Notes: generated by a model from the letters alone, not told the origin. A stretch of 63,882 nt of DNA, filler included, from Stramenopiles sp. TOSAG23-2 (GCA_900128395.1; 13 parts of 13 records of this genome joined end to end with filler, not necessarily neighbours in it), one strand, 5' to 3'. Positions 1-11,449 are shown, counted from the whole stretch's first letter. A program made the numbers and translations.

Positions 1-558
1 AATGTTCTCTTACTCATATATTATATAAATTTCTTTTACTCCCGTTCATTAACATAACTGGTATGTATAAATTAGTACGAGTATCATAGGAGTGGTATTA
101 TAGTTTAAAAAAACACCGCACATTAAAAGAAGTTAAAAAAAAGGAGAACAAAATAAATATAACACACACTGGGCCTTCAAAAACCATTTTACGAAGATTA
201 TATAAAAATATATATGATATATATATAAAATATTACATTAAAAAATAAATTATGCATTAATTAATATATATATAAAATATTATGTACGTCTTGCTCATAT
301 TTTGTTTTATACGAACTACAAAAATAAAACCTAAAACTACACACACACCTTCTACATTTCATGAAAACCTGTAGGAAAACATGGAATCAAAGCCATACTT
401 TAACCCTTCTCTTGTTAACAATACCCACGACTCATAACCAGATATCATCTGTTGGAAGAAACCTATCCTTGGCAGACCATAGACAAGATAAACCTATTTC
501 CGTCATATTGATTAAGCATGCATTACCTGCATGGTGTACAGCACACCAAAATGATAAA

Positions 559-3500
559 TTAGGATTTGCTGCGCCTAGTTTTCCAACTATTGCTATTCTT
601 TTTCCTTATCTTTTTCCTCATGGAAGAATTGCCTTTATAAAAGTATTTCAATGTGTCTAAACGCGTCTGTAACTCTTTAATCTTCTCTTTCAATGCTTTG
701 TTTTCCACATCACGAAGTTTAAGTCTACTTTCTAACACTGAAGCTTTCATACCATCAAATACACTACCTTTCTCTCGTGTTTGTGTCATTTCAATTTCAA
801 CTTGCGGTGCATCCAACGGATTATCTACCCACTCTGCCTGGCTTGAACGTAACCACAGACCAAATCCTTTCTTACAACAAGGCTGAAATAATTTCCACGA
901 GACCAATTGGGAACATACTTTTTTGCTTCTTCCAACCAATTGTTCACGTCGCTCCATCCATGCCAACCACACATACACACAGAAGCCTACGAAAAAGCAA
1001 AAAATGTTTATAAATAGTACAAAACCTTCCCCAAACTTGCACATGGTGTGGATACTACTCTCCTTTGCTTGACATTCTGGGTACACCACAAACACTCCTC
1101 CTATCCAAAGGGTGACAAAGCAGCAGGATAATAACATGATTTCAAGCAAAGATAAACTCCTGGAGTGGAATGGTTGAACCATGACCGTATGTACCAATAA
1201 CATACCAACCACTCCTATGGCAAGTAGCACTTGTAACTTGTCAGAAAATATACCAATGTATATAATTAAAAGCTTTCGCAAAGCTACCCAAAATTCATGC
1301 ATATAATTGTTTCTAGAAAATCCATCGTATAACATACCAAACCGAACTTGTGTCAACGATTCGTCTAGTTTTTTGCGGTATCTATACAAAGCATACATTG
1401 CAGCTATTGGTAAACCAAGGATATACACAAGGACACACGGCCAACCCAATAGATTGCGCCATAACAAATGGGTACTGTCAGTGCATTTGGTTTCTGGGTC
1501 GATGAGAAATACCTCGCCTATTCCCTCTCCAAAATCATAGCATTTCCACAGCTGAAGAATGTTAGAGGTAATTGCAGGCCAGACAAAATATAAAACCAAC
1601 ACAATAGTTCCTGTCCGCATGGCATTCCGCTTCTCGGGTGGATACCTTCCACCACAGATACACCAGCCCACCACCGAGAGAAGTACCAACATAACAGGAG
1701 CTAGCGCATAGCCCAAGGTTTTAATATACTGAATTTGCGCGATGGACACGGGTTCGGACCAGCTGCAACGCATATCGATGTATTCTTCTCCTACTGAGGA
1801 AACCATGCTCTGCATTTTAAAAAGTTCAAAATACCCTTCTGGCCATGGAATATTCATGGTAGAGGCCAACGCGGCCAGTTGAAGAAAGGAAACAAATATT
1901 TTTTTGGCACCATCGGATACTCGAAAGGCACCGCCACGTTTGACGACGGTAGACCATATAAAGAAAAGCAAGAGTAATAAAATGAGAACGGCAACCAGAA
2001 TGGGAAACAAAAGCTTCAATTCGCCTTTGTAGCAAGGCTTACATCCTGCTGCGCCATCACGACTGTACCCAGGACGACAGTTGGCGCAGAGGACGGAGCC
2101 AGCTTCGAAACCTTTGTCACTGTTACAGCCTTCGTCGGCATCATTTAAGAACACTTTCTCCTTGCAACCAATACCGTCATTAAAAGCTCCAAGGCAAGCA
2201 CAGGGATTTAAACATGCAATAAACCTGGTTGTATTCGGTACGCGCCAATAACCTGCTTTGGCTACCATCCCAAGAGCATCAATGGCATCAGGACAAAAGG
2301 CTCCGTGAGGACATCTGGTGCATTGATTGTCTTCTAAAGTTGACTCTAGATAAAATCCCATACCACACGACTTAGGACAATAATCTTTTACTTTGTTTGT
2401 ATCGTTTTTTAAGCCGGTGATAAGGCTAAATCGGCCAGCTGGACAATCCATGCACGCGTCTCGAAGCTTCGACTGACCTGCCAATACCCCGTATTTGGAT
2501 GCTGGGCATGCTTGACACACGTTGTTTTCGTATTCTTTTGCCTTGTAAGAGGCATTCTGACTGGATATCCCATATTTACCTAAGGAACATGGGGTTTTTA
2601 AACCGTCGCGTTCACAAAAATAGCCATTCGGACAGACCAAACAGTCGCTTTCAGAATTCTGACCAATGCGTGAGCCATACTTTCCAGGCTCGCATACAGA
2701 GCTGCAAGCTTCCGCAAGGGTAGTTTTACCTTTTGCATGACCATACCGACCCCGCGGACATGTGTTGGGGCATCCTTCGTCTATGGAACGAGCGTTTGTA
2801 ACATTTCCATACCTTCCAGGAGGACAATTCGACATGCAGGAGGTTTGGCCTGCGGAAGGGTTGTATCGCCCTGCAGCACAGCTTGCACACGCTTCTGTTT
2901 CCAGAATTACACCTGCCTTGGTTCCATATTTTCCCGTCGGACAATTGTGACAGGCATAAACGTTGGCTCCATACTTGCCGGGCTGACAACCTACAAAGCA
3001 TACAACGCCTTCGTTCGGGTTAGCTTTGTTGACGCAGATGGGGTTGGTATACCCGTTGGAGGTGCAGAGGGTTGGGGTGCATGTGGTGGGGGGGATGAAT
3101 TGCTCGATACCTGCTATTTGTGTAGTTGAATCGAAGCCATAAAAATTGCTTGTGTTGGTCTCTTGAATAAATTTGGTGTTGATGAGTGTGATGGAAGGTG
3201 TGCCTTCTGTCCCATTCACTGTCATAATTTGGTGGCCTTTATTATGATTCGCAATGTTTGAAATAAAGGATGATTCTGTTGAAGTGAAGATGGCATTGTA
3301 ATTGACATGCAACCCGGAACCACCACAATCAGCTTCATTGGACATTGTGATATTATTTCGTTCAACGATTACACGCTTCATAGTAAGCGTTGAACCACCT
3401 TCAATATGGTTACCACTAAGATAAATGCCTGCCCCTGAGCAGAAACCTTTGTTTTCTGAAACAACTGAATCTTCAATATGGGCAATTGACGAATCCAACA

Positions 3501-4770
3501 CTATTCCTATTTGTTCGTTTCTTATTACTCTTGAGTTAGCAACAATATGAAGGTGCCCTAGAACAACATAAACACCACCCCCTTTTTGGCCGGCAACATT
3601 TGCTTCTATAAGAGTACCACTAAAGACAGTCGTTGAACGAAAGAATGTTCCACCGCCTCCATCATAACTAGATTCGCATTTGTTACTGTATAAGCTTCCC
3701 TTATTCATCGTCAAGAAGCCCCTGGAACTGTAGAACCCACCGCCACCATTTCTACCCGTATTATGTGTAACATTTGTATAATTCAACTCAACTTCAGCGC
3801 GCCAAACAAAGAGAGCCCCGCCATGATTTGCTTTATTTGAAATAAGTATAGTCTCCTTTGCGACAAAAACGCTTTGTTCAAGTAACAAAATGGAGCCCCC
3901 CAGACAACCTAAAAAGTCTTCAGGAAAGTTACCTACACATGGAGATATCATTCGAACATCCCCACCCGTCAAATTTAACCATCTGACCGTCAAGCTATCT
4001 CCATCTACATAAAAATGCCTACTGTTCGGAGCCGCAACCAGCTTGGTGTAAACCTTCTCTCTCCCCACAATATTCAAATCACCCGTCAAAACTACCTGAC
4101 CCGACATGTAGCAATCTTCCGTACGTTGAAACACGCCATTCGACGCGGCGCAATCCCATTCTGGCTTTGTGGTTGCACATATGGCGGTGGACGGTGGCAA
4201 ACCATTCTCTACCGAGACAGACTGTTTGTATTCGTTCGCAGGGCAAGTGGTAGCCTCGTCGTAGTCGCACAACACGCCTAGGTTTCCTGTACGATTGGTG
4301 CATGTTCCAGTGAAGGGAAAGATGGTGCAGGGGTTGGAGGCGCAAGTTTGGGTTCCGCAGTAGCCGTGTGTTCCATTGCAATGTAAAGTAACATCATCAT
4401 CGAAAGAAACACCAGCAACATTATTGGCACTCTTGCCAAACCGAACGTTGACTAGCTTGACAACTGGAGAGTATATTTTACCATCACCAACATCATGGAT
4501 TCTTCTCTCTGTGAATATCTCATCTCCTGTTTTTACCGGGGCACTGTTTCCATATAAAGATGATTCTTTTAATACAATGTGTACCTTACATTGTGCGTAA
4601 AGTCCACCACCACCGTTAGCAAGTGTATCTGCGCTCGTAACAAAATTCCATCGTATAATACTTTGATTTTGTATTATAGATGTTGCTTGCAAATATGTAG
4701 CAGTGGTGTATATTCCCCCTCCTCCAACTCCGCCGTTATTATGTTCAACAGTGGTGTTTGAAATTTCCAA
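559..4770 (-). CDS. Large surface/membrane protein (5'-incomplete): GGG-x-Y/F beta-helix (Pmp/pectin-lyase-like) repeats, CxxCxxG Cys-rich repeats, C-terminal multi-pass TM domain
   Basis: 1403-aa ORF with GGGGIY/GGALF/GGGVY repeats, many C-x-x-C-P-x-G-K/R-Y units and about 7-9 hydrophobic segments. No ATG before the upstream in-frame stop at 4825-4827, so the true 5' end is missing. Paralogue of 35068-39018. Confidence 0.85.
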   Translation of the reverse strand: MEISNTTVEHNNGGVGGGGIYTTATYLQATSIIQNQSIIRWNFVTSADTLANGGGGLYAQCKVHIVLKESSLYGNSAPVKTGDEIFTERRIHDVGDGKIYSPVVKLVNVRFGKSANNVAGVSFDDDVTLHCNGTHGYCGTQTCASNPCTIFPFTGTCTNRTGNLGVLCDYDEATTCPANEYKQSVSVENGLPPSTAICATTKPEWDCAASNGVFQRTEDCYMSGQVVLTGDLNIVGREKVYTKLVAAPNSRHFYVDGDSLTVRWLNLTGGDVRMISPCVGNFPEDFLGCLGGSILLLEQSVFVAKETILISNKANHGGALFVWRAEVELNYTNVTHNTGRNGGGGFYSSRGFLTMNKGSLYSNKCESSYDGGGGTFFRSTTVFSGTLIEANVAGQKGGGVYVVLGHLHIVANSRVIRNEQIGIVLDSSIAHIEDSVVSENKGFCSGAGIYLSGNHIEGGSTLTMKRVIVERNNITMSNEADCGGSGLHVNYNAIFTSTESSFISNIANHNKGHQIMTVNGTEGTPSITLINTKFIQETNTSNFYGFDSTTQIAGIEQFIPPTTCTPTLCTSNGYTNPICVNKANPNEGVVCFVGCQPGKYGANVYACHNCPTGKYGTKAGVILETEACASCAAGRYNPSAGQTSCMSNCPPGRYGNVTNARSIDEGCPNTCPRGRYGHAKGKTTLAEACSSVCEPGKYGSRIGQNSESDCLVCPNGYFCERDGLKTPCSLGKYGISSQNASYKAKEYENNVCQACPASKYGVLAGQSKLRDACMDCPAGRFSLITGLKNDTNKVKDYCPKSCGMGFYLESTLEDNQCTRCPHGAFCPDAIDALGMVAKAGYWRVPNTTRFIACLNPCACLGAFNDGIGCKEKVFLNDADEGCNSDKGFEAGSVLCANCRPGYSRDGAAGCKPCYKGELKLLFPILVAVLILLLLLFFIWSTVVKRGGAFRVSDGAKKIFVSFLQLAALASTMNIPWPEGYFELFKMQSMVSSVGEEYIDMRCSWSEPVSIAQIQYIKTLGYALAPVMLVLLSVVGWCICGGRYPPEKRNAMRTGTIVLVLYFVWPAITSNILQLWKCYDFGEGIGEVFLIDPETKCTDSTHLLWRNLLGWPCVLVYILGLPIAAMYALYRYRKKLDESLTQVRFGMLYDGFSRNNYMHEFWVALRKLLIIYIGIFSDKLQVLLAIGVVGMLLVHTVMVQPFHSRSLSLLEIMLLSCCFVTLWIGGVFVVYPECQAKESSIHTMCKFGEGFVLFINIFCFFVGFCVYVWLAWMERREQLVGRSKKVCSQLVSWKLFQPCCKKGFGLWLRSSQAEWVDNPLDAPQVEIEMTQTREKGSVFDGMKASVLESRLKLRDVENKALKEKIKELQTRLDTLKYFYKGNSSMRKKIRKKNSNSWKTRRSKS

Positions 4771-4842
4771 ATACCCTCTACTATTCGTGATTCTTCTTTT
4801 CTTCTTCTTCTTCTTGTTCTTTTTCTACATCTATCATATTTT

Positions 4843-4942
4843 NNNNNNNNNNNNNNNNNNNNNNNNNNNNNNNNNNNNNNNNNNNNTTAATTAATTAANN
4901 NNNNNNNNNNNNNNNNNNNNNNNNNNNNNNNNNNNNNNNNNN
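4843..4942. other. Artificial contig spacer (N-TTAATTAATTAA-N, 100 nt); first of 12
   Basis: Identical spacers with stops in all six frames at 4843, 9784, 14725, 19665, 24588, 29506, 34421, 39335, 44249, 49161, 54071 and 58977. Contig lengths fall from about 4842 to 4806. Confidence 0.99.
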
Positions 4943-5205
4943 TATTCAAAAGATTGTTCCTCTGTCTGTGATTCAGAGTTAGACGAAAGAGCTACTCTTT
5001 CATAAAGTTGTAAATCACATTGTAAAATTATATATCATTTTTATGAATATACATTAAAATAAGTTATGCATTAATTATAATATATATATAATATATTTTT
5101 TAAAAAAATATACGCTTCGTATTATAAAAAATAAATATCATATATACGAGCGCGTACATACTGGCATACACTCTCTTTCCATTATAAATACGAAGAAGTA
5201 TTAGT

Positions 5206-5988
5206 TTACATCATTTTTTTCTCTTTCTTCTTTTTCATCAAAGTTTTCAAGTATACATCAGATTCGTCACCTTCTGATCCATCAATATATGCCATATGTT
5301 TCCGAGTTTCAATTAATTCAATGTCTAATCCAAAATCATCTTTAGCACTAGAGAAAAACTCTAAATCTTTCTCTTCATAGCCTGGATTATGAAAAGTATG
5401 CGCAACAAAAATAATACCACCATCAGCAAGAAGTTCAACACATGAACGCAATAAATTTTCATGTTGGCAATACGTATCGCGCCATAAACATTCGGCAACT
5501 ATGACCACATCGAATTTCTTTCCGTCTAACTTTTCTAAACTCAATATCTTTTTACATGAATCCATATCGCCCCATTTATGACCGGTTACGTGATAATTCT
5601 TTTTTACATTATTGAAATAAGTATTAGTAATAAATTGATTTTCAATTGATTTTATTAAGTTATCATTTGGGAAATCTGTGCATACTACATATTTTGCACC
5701 AGCAACTGCTGCTACCATAGATGGTAGAGCCCCAGCAGCTCCAACCTCAACGACAAGTTTATCTTTAATAGCAAGCGGATTATTTTTAAAATGATCGCTT
5801 ATTACAACTGCACCACCCCATACATCAGATGCAAACAATTCTTTCGGGACTTCGTGAAAATTTGCTGTAGTTATTTTTAGTGTAACTTTATCATTAATTT
5901 TGTACATATTATATGGCAATGGGCCGCTAAATAACGGGACGAATTCTGTCCATTCCTCTTCTTCCTCCTCCGATGATGATACGATCAT
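5206..5988 (-). CDS. EFM7: Seven-beta-strand protein lysine methyltransferase, EFM7/NNT1-like
   Basis: Motifs VWGGA, VVEVGAAGALPS (motif I), VVCTDFP, HKWG, FDVVIVAECLW and EKDLEFF match the Nnt1/Efm7 pattern as I recall it. ATG at 5988 preferred over the GTG at 6027. Confidence 0.8.
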   Translation of the reverse strand: MIVSSSEEEEEEWTEFVPLFSGPLPYNMYKINDKVTLKITTANFHEVPKELFASDVWGGAVVISDHFKNNPLAIKDKLVVEVGAAGALPSMVAAVAGAKYVVCTDFPNDNLIKSIENQFITNTYFNNVKKNYHVTGHKWGDMDSCKKILSLEKLDGKKFDVVIVAECLWRDTYCQHENLLRSCVELLADGGIIFVAHTFHNPGYEEKDLEFFSSAKDDFGLDIELIETRKHMAYIDGSEGDESDVYLKTLMKKKKEKKMM

Positions 5989-6960
5989 CTTTCTATCTAA
6001 AAAAATAACACAATATATATAAGACACTTTGTTTTACTTGTATGAATATATACGTCTGATATACATCTGCTTTCCTTCCTTTATATTTTAGTACTACTTT
6101 AACTTTAAAAACGAAAAATCAACATTATTATTTGTTGTACATATTTATTATTATTTTGTTGCATGCACTTTTTCTTCATCGTTTGTGTTTTTTTTTGTCC
6201 TTTTTTTTATTTAAGGATCGATGAGGAGAGGTTAAGGTTTTCACTCTTCTCCAAAAGAGGAAGAGTAGTCTGCGTCGTCAGACTCTTTCGAGAGGAAGAG
6301 TTCGATTTTCGATTAGAGTAACCACTTAAATACTCGGGTAATTTTGCGGAATTTGGATTTTTACAAACATCCCGATTGTAATGCTGTGTCTATCGTAATA
6401 TTCTTTATGTTGTGTCGTAAAAATATTTTTTCGGACATTTTATAAAATATTATATATAAAATAGAAAATAAGGACTGTAACAATCTATGATGTTTTTGTT
6501 GTTGATGTATTATTTGCATGATAATGATGTGCGGAACGCAAATTTTGTCCTTTCAATCTGGATTTTGGTGAATATAAGAGCCGAAAAGGCACAATGCTAA
6601 TGCTATGTGCTTGCTAAGGCTTGCTTGAAAAAGTTTGAATCCGAAAAAAATAGTATAGACACAGCAGGGACTAAAAGGTTAATATTTGAAACTCAAATTC
6701 CGCAAATTTGCCAGGCTAGTTACCAGGTATCGTTATAAATTATTATGTACTAAGTATAACCACCACGTTGCATAAAAAAAAATAAAAAAATACAGTTGGA
6801 AAAATGTGTGCCAATCATGATATTAAAATATATATATGTGTACAGATTGTGCAGGCAATACATTTGTACAACAATACATCAAGAATAGCATAGCTTAAGA
6901 GTGTGTGTGTGTGTCTGGGCCGGTGAAAACATCACCGTAATACATAGATACGCTTGCATC

Positions 6961-8137
6961 ATGGCAGAAATTAATTTAAATCATTTTGAACAATTAGATA
7001 AGGAACTATTTTGAAAAATATGCAATATCAGACAAACATGAATGTATAAATTTAAAATTAAGAAATCAACGTCAATTTTTCAAGAGTGCTACCGATGGCA
7101 ACAGTGGTGATTTTGATAAAAATAACAACAAAGTAATAATTGATAATATGTTATTAAAACAATTGATAAAGTTGCGAGATAATAATGTCGGTACAATGTC
7201 TGAATTATTATTATCTGAATTAAACAACGAAGATTTGTCCATTTTATGCACATACATGGATGTAATCGATTTAGAAAAGGATGATATTATTTGTGAGAAA
7301 GGTAAAAAAGCAACATTTTTTTGTTTTATCTTAGAGGGGATGATTAAAACGAAGAAAGAAGAGAATAAAGGCAAATGGAAAGCTATTAAAAAGAGTATTG
7401 GAACTATTGTTGGTTATGAGCAAGCATTTGAAGGTGGTTTAAGGCCAATTTACGTTAGTGTGGAATCTGATAAATGCAAAGTTTTAGCTATGCCATTTCG
7501 TATTTTAGATAAAATTGCGATTTTCAACCCGTTACTAGCAATGAAAATGAAAGGTGGTTTTGCTTCTTGCATTATTCATAATATAAGAAAAGAACGTCCA
7601 AAATGGTTACCAAAACCAGTTGATCCCCCTCCAGCAACAACGCCAATACAGGTAAAAGAACATGCAAAAGAACATGAAAAAGAACATGAAAAAATTTCAA
7701 AAAAAAATGGAATTGGTAGAAAAAAAGATAAGCATCATTTGTCCACTAAAAAGCACCATAAAGTATCTTCAAAGAAACAACATCATTCAAAAAAACTCCA
7801 TCATCATAATAATAAGACTCATAAGATCTCAGGTTCATCGCCATCCAAAAAAATAAAGAAAAAAAGCACTGGAAAAATTAAAAAATATATTTTTCGAAGT
7901 GCTCAAAGGTATGTCGATTTTGAATACGATCCTATTCATACCGATGATGATATTAGTAGTGATATTCTTTACAACGAAATAGAAGAATTATTATATCAAG
8001 AAAACCAAAAAGAGATCGAGCAAGTACTTTTAGAAACAGAGAAAGCTGTTAAAAAGGAATGGAATAAACACGTACAGGAGAGGGATAATTTAAAATACGA
8101 TTTATTAAGAGATTTGCGTCGATCGTGGAAAAAGTAA
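6961..8137 (+). CDS. Cyclic-nucleotide-binding (cNMP) domain protein; probable single-base frameshift at 7009-7012
   Basis: LEKDDIICEKGKKATFFCFILEG...GTIVGYEQAFEGGLRPIYV is a cNMP-binding fold pattern. The 7148 frame is open back to 7013 and joins ATG 6961 if one T of TTTT is removed. Confidence 0.65.
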
Positions 8138-8397
8138 AAAAATCAACCCAGCAGAATAACAGGGAAAAAAAAGGCGTATTGTTTGATATTAGCACTGATG
8201 TGTGTCGTTTTAACTTCCGAGAGAGTGGTGTGTGTGTAATTATTTTTTTTTTGTAAAAAAATATTAATGCGCATGTGTACAAAAGAGCGTGTATTTTTTT
8301 TTTTACGCGGAGTAGAAATACTCGCATATTTTTTTTCTAAATTTTTCTTAATGTACGCACAGTATTTTTTATCTTTTATCTCGCACACACTATCTCT

Positions 8398-8874
8398 CTA
8401 CCACCAACCTTTTTGACCTATGTTATGCTCATTTGGGTCAATAGATTGTTTGTACGAACCTGGACTTAAATGTCCTTCCATATCGTTATATTTATTTGAT
8501 TCTTCTTGTAATTGTGATTTTGTCATTCCTATTGGAGTGGTATCAGCATCATCAACTTCGTTTGCTGCATAACGGGAATGCTCACTATGCATACGTGCAT
8601 AGTTTGTACTTCCAACTATACCATTGAATTCCTTATCTTTTGCCTTTAAATACTTATTAAATTGAAGATGATCTGGTCTAGTAGTTTTATCTAAAATTTC
8701 CTCAGTATTCACTGGATGATTTACAGCTCCGTGTTCCGTCATGCTAATATCACGATTTGCTATTCTACTTTTTAATGTGTTATCTGCTATTGCTTTAATT
8801 TTCAGTCTTTTACTAACATCTTCATTTTCTTTTTTTTGTAAATAATGAAGTTCCGTTCGTATCTCCTGGTTACC
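8398..8874 (-). CDS. 3' half of the secreted protein at 8953-9783, inverted by a chimeric join
   Basis: Begins with GNQEIRTELHYLQKKENE, the last residues of the 8953 ORF. 8821-8874 is the exact reverse complement of 9730-9783. Confidence 0.75.
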   Translation of the reverse strand, partial: GNQEIRTELHYLQKKENEDVSKRLKIKAIADNTLKSRIANRDISMTEHGAVNHPVNTEEILDKTTRPDHLQFNKYLKAKDKEFNGIVGSTNYARMHSEHSRYAANEVDDADTTPIGMTKSQLQEESNKYNDMEGHLSPGSYKQSIDPNEHNIGQKGWW

Positions 8875-8952
8875 TATCATAGTAATCACTTGTGACGTGT
8901 AAAAAGACAAGAATCAAAATATATATTCTGTACCTAGTATAATTCGCTAACC

Positions 8953-9783
8953 ATGTTAAAGAATATGTCAATATACACCATATTAATGGTAGCAAGTACT
9001 ACATTGTTTGTTAATATAGAATACACCAATAGTGCATATTTGCGGAATGGTGCTGATGATTGTTTCCATGATCATTTGGATAATTGTGAGTCGTGTATCA
9101 TTGCAACGTACGATAAAACTAGCACTACTAGTGGCCGTTGTGGATACTGTCATTCTGGAAGCCACGGTGGCAAATGTGCCCCTGTATATGGCGATGCAGA
9201 TATGCCTGGTTTTCATTGTGACGATTGGACAAAACCAAACAATGCTAACTCTGGACCAACTACTTGTAAAAGGTCCCGTTCAACTACAGTTGATCGTACA
9301 GCTAAAATCGTTGAACAGAAAGTTGAATTAAAAAACGCGAAGTTGTTAGTTGACCATCCACAATCTATTGCCGATCATCCTGTCACAGATGGCAAACAGG
9401 TTCCTGCTGTAAAATTACAAACAGAACCGGAGCGACAACCGAAAGTACAAAAAGGAACAAAGAATGAAACCAAAAAGATAGTAAAAAAAGGAACACCAAA
9501 AACAGTTAGTACACCCAACAATAAGAAAACCACGTATGCAACAGGACCGCCAGCAATGTCACCTCCTGAAATAAAAAATTTACTGAAGGATACCATTGAT
9601 GATCTAGGTGTTAATTCGGGGATAATGAAACATGAACGTATTGAATGGGATAAGGCACATGAGAAAGAAGAACGAGCAAAAGAAGATTCCAGGAATATTG
9701 ATTGGGAAGGAATTAAAATGAATATGAAAGGTAACCAGGAGATACGAACGGAACTTCATTATTTACAAAAAAAAGAAAATGAA
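8953..9783 (+). CDS. Secreted protein with N-terminal Cys-rich (PSI-like) module, 5' half
   Basis: Signal-peptide-like N-terminus, then CESCI...CGYC...GKC...C...C. Runs off the contig end. Confidence 0.7.
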
Positions 9784-10330
9784 NNNNNNNNNNNNNNNNN
9801 NNNNNNNNNNNNNNNNNNNNNNNNNNNTTAATTAATTAANNNNNNNNNNNNNNNNNNNNNNNNNNNNNNNNNNNNNNNNNNNNTCTTTGTTATCTTGCTT
9901 CGTTAATACCCCTATACACACACATCAGGGCAGGGAATATGTTTGTAGTTTGCTGCTTTTTCGTCTTATTTTTTTTTCGGATTAATTTTGTAAAATGACA
10001 ATCCTATCAAATAACCGATTATTGTACTTGAACGGGAAATTAGAATATCAAAAGTAGATATAATAATTTGATTGGAATATTTAGTATACCATTATGATAT
10101 TTTAAGTACGATTTGGCCATTATTCCTTATACCGCGTCACAAAGGCCTATTATGTTGCATATCGATACAAATTGCAAACTTTTTTAGTTTGTCCGGTAAA
10201 AATCGCTACAACAAATTATACAAATAGATAAAGCACATTGCTAAAATAGGGGGGGTAATGAAAACAGATTATATAATATCAAATATACAAACGGCAATAC
10301 ATATAATATAATATATATATATATAATAAT

Positions 10331-11449
10331 ATGGCTGACACTGATACCAGTACTTCCTCTGAAAATGTTTTCATTATTTTCAGAGGAAGTACTGGTATGG
10401 GGAAAACATATTTATCTGACCAATTAAAAAATAAATACGGAGATGATTGTGTTGTTGCAAGCAATGATAGGTGGTGGCCAAAGCATAAACCAAATGCTGT
10501 ATGGGATCTTGGTATACATTGCAACAAGGCAATACCTTGGTGCAATAAGACCTGTACAGAGGCTATTCTTGCAAAAAAGAAAATTGTGATTCTAGAAAAC
10601 GTAAATCATAAATTATATAATTTTATGCGTCAATACCATGTGGCTAAAGAAGAAAATTATAAAATATTAACTATAATATTAAAAGCAAAGAACATAGAAA
10701 TTGCGCAAAAAGGCATAAGCAGAAATATGCGTGGACACGAACAGGGGAGTACATATGTATCTGGAATGTTGAAACTATATGAAGATTTTGAGTCTACTCC
10801 AATAGAAATTTTCCTGAATTCAAAAGTCTGGCGTCAGAACACACCAAATAAAGGTGATGACCTATTGAATTGGGTGATAGATCATGTTGAAGGAGACAAG
10901 AACGTAATATCAAAGATTTATGTTGATGAAAATGGTAAAAAGTTCGAATATAAGTGGAATCAATACAAATTTGACTTTATCCCCATAGTATCAACTCGAC
11001 AAACAGTAAGTCGTGATAAAAATCAAAATACAGGTTCTAGTTCATCCACTTCATTTTCTAATGAATGTAAACAAAAGAAAAAAAGAAAAAGTGATCGTGA
11101 TTTGAGGGAAGACTTCGAGCACACAAGAAAAAAGTTAAGGGAAGTTGAGGAGATAGTTTATAAAAAAAGTAGTGATAGCAGCAGTAGTAGTAGTAGCAGC
11201 AGTTCCAGTAGTACAACAACTGTTGCAACTCCAGAAAGAAAACCAAAACGAAAAAGGGAAGAGTCAAACAATAATGAAACTAGAAAAAACCCCAAGCATC
11301 AACGATTACTGGGTTTTGGTAAACATAAAGACAAAACATATGAATATGTGAGACAAAATGATGAATGGTATTGTAACTGGGTTAAGATGCAAAAATCATC
11401 AACTTTTGACAAATTTAAAAATTTCCAAAATTATTTGAAAGAAGAATAA
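10331..11449 (+). CDS. P-loop kinase (AAA_33/polynucleotide-kinase-like) with C-terminal FGK-H/Y-K module
   Basis: Walker A GSTGMGKT after a hydrophobic strand, IVILENVN Walker-B-like segment, C-terminal LGFGKHKDKTYEYVRQNDEWYCNWV. Confidence 0.75.
   Translation: MADTDTSTSSENVFIIFRGSTGMGKTYLSDQLKNKYGDDCVVASNDRWWPKHKPNAVWDLGIHCNKAIPWCNKTCTEAILAKKKIVILENVNHKLYNFMRQYHVAKEENYKILTIILKAKNIEIAQKGISRNMRGHEQGSTYVSGMLKLYEDFESTPIEIFLNSKVWRQNTPNKGDDLLNWVIDHVEGDKNVISKIYVDENGKKFEYKWNQYKFDFIPIVSTRQTVSRDKNQNTGSSSSTSFSNECKQKKKRKSDRDLREDFEHTRKKLREVEEIVYKKSSDSSSSSSSSSSSSTTTVATPERKPKRKREESNNNETRKNPKHQRLLGFGKHKDKTYEYVRQNDEWYCNWVKMQKSSTFDKFKNFQNYLKEE

Noticed and set aside
4843-4942. TTAATTAATTAA as a biological repeat, and gene clusters across gaps
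   Set aside because: Synthetic spacer joining length-sorted contigs.
8821-9783. Invertible (phase-variation) segment in the secreted gene
   Set aside because: The 54-bp inverted overlap ends exactly at the contig edge, as does 59077-59130. This k-mer-sized signature points to assembly chimerism.
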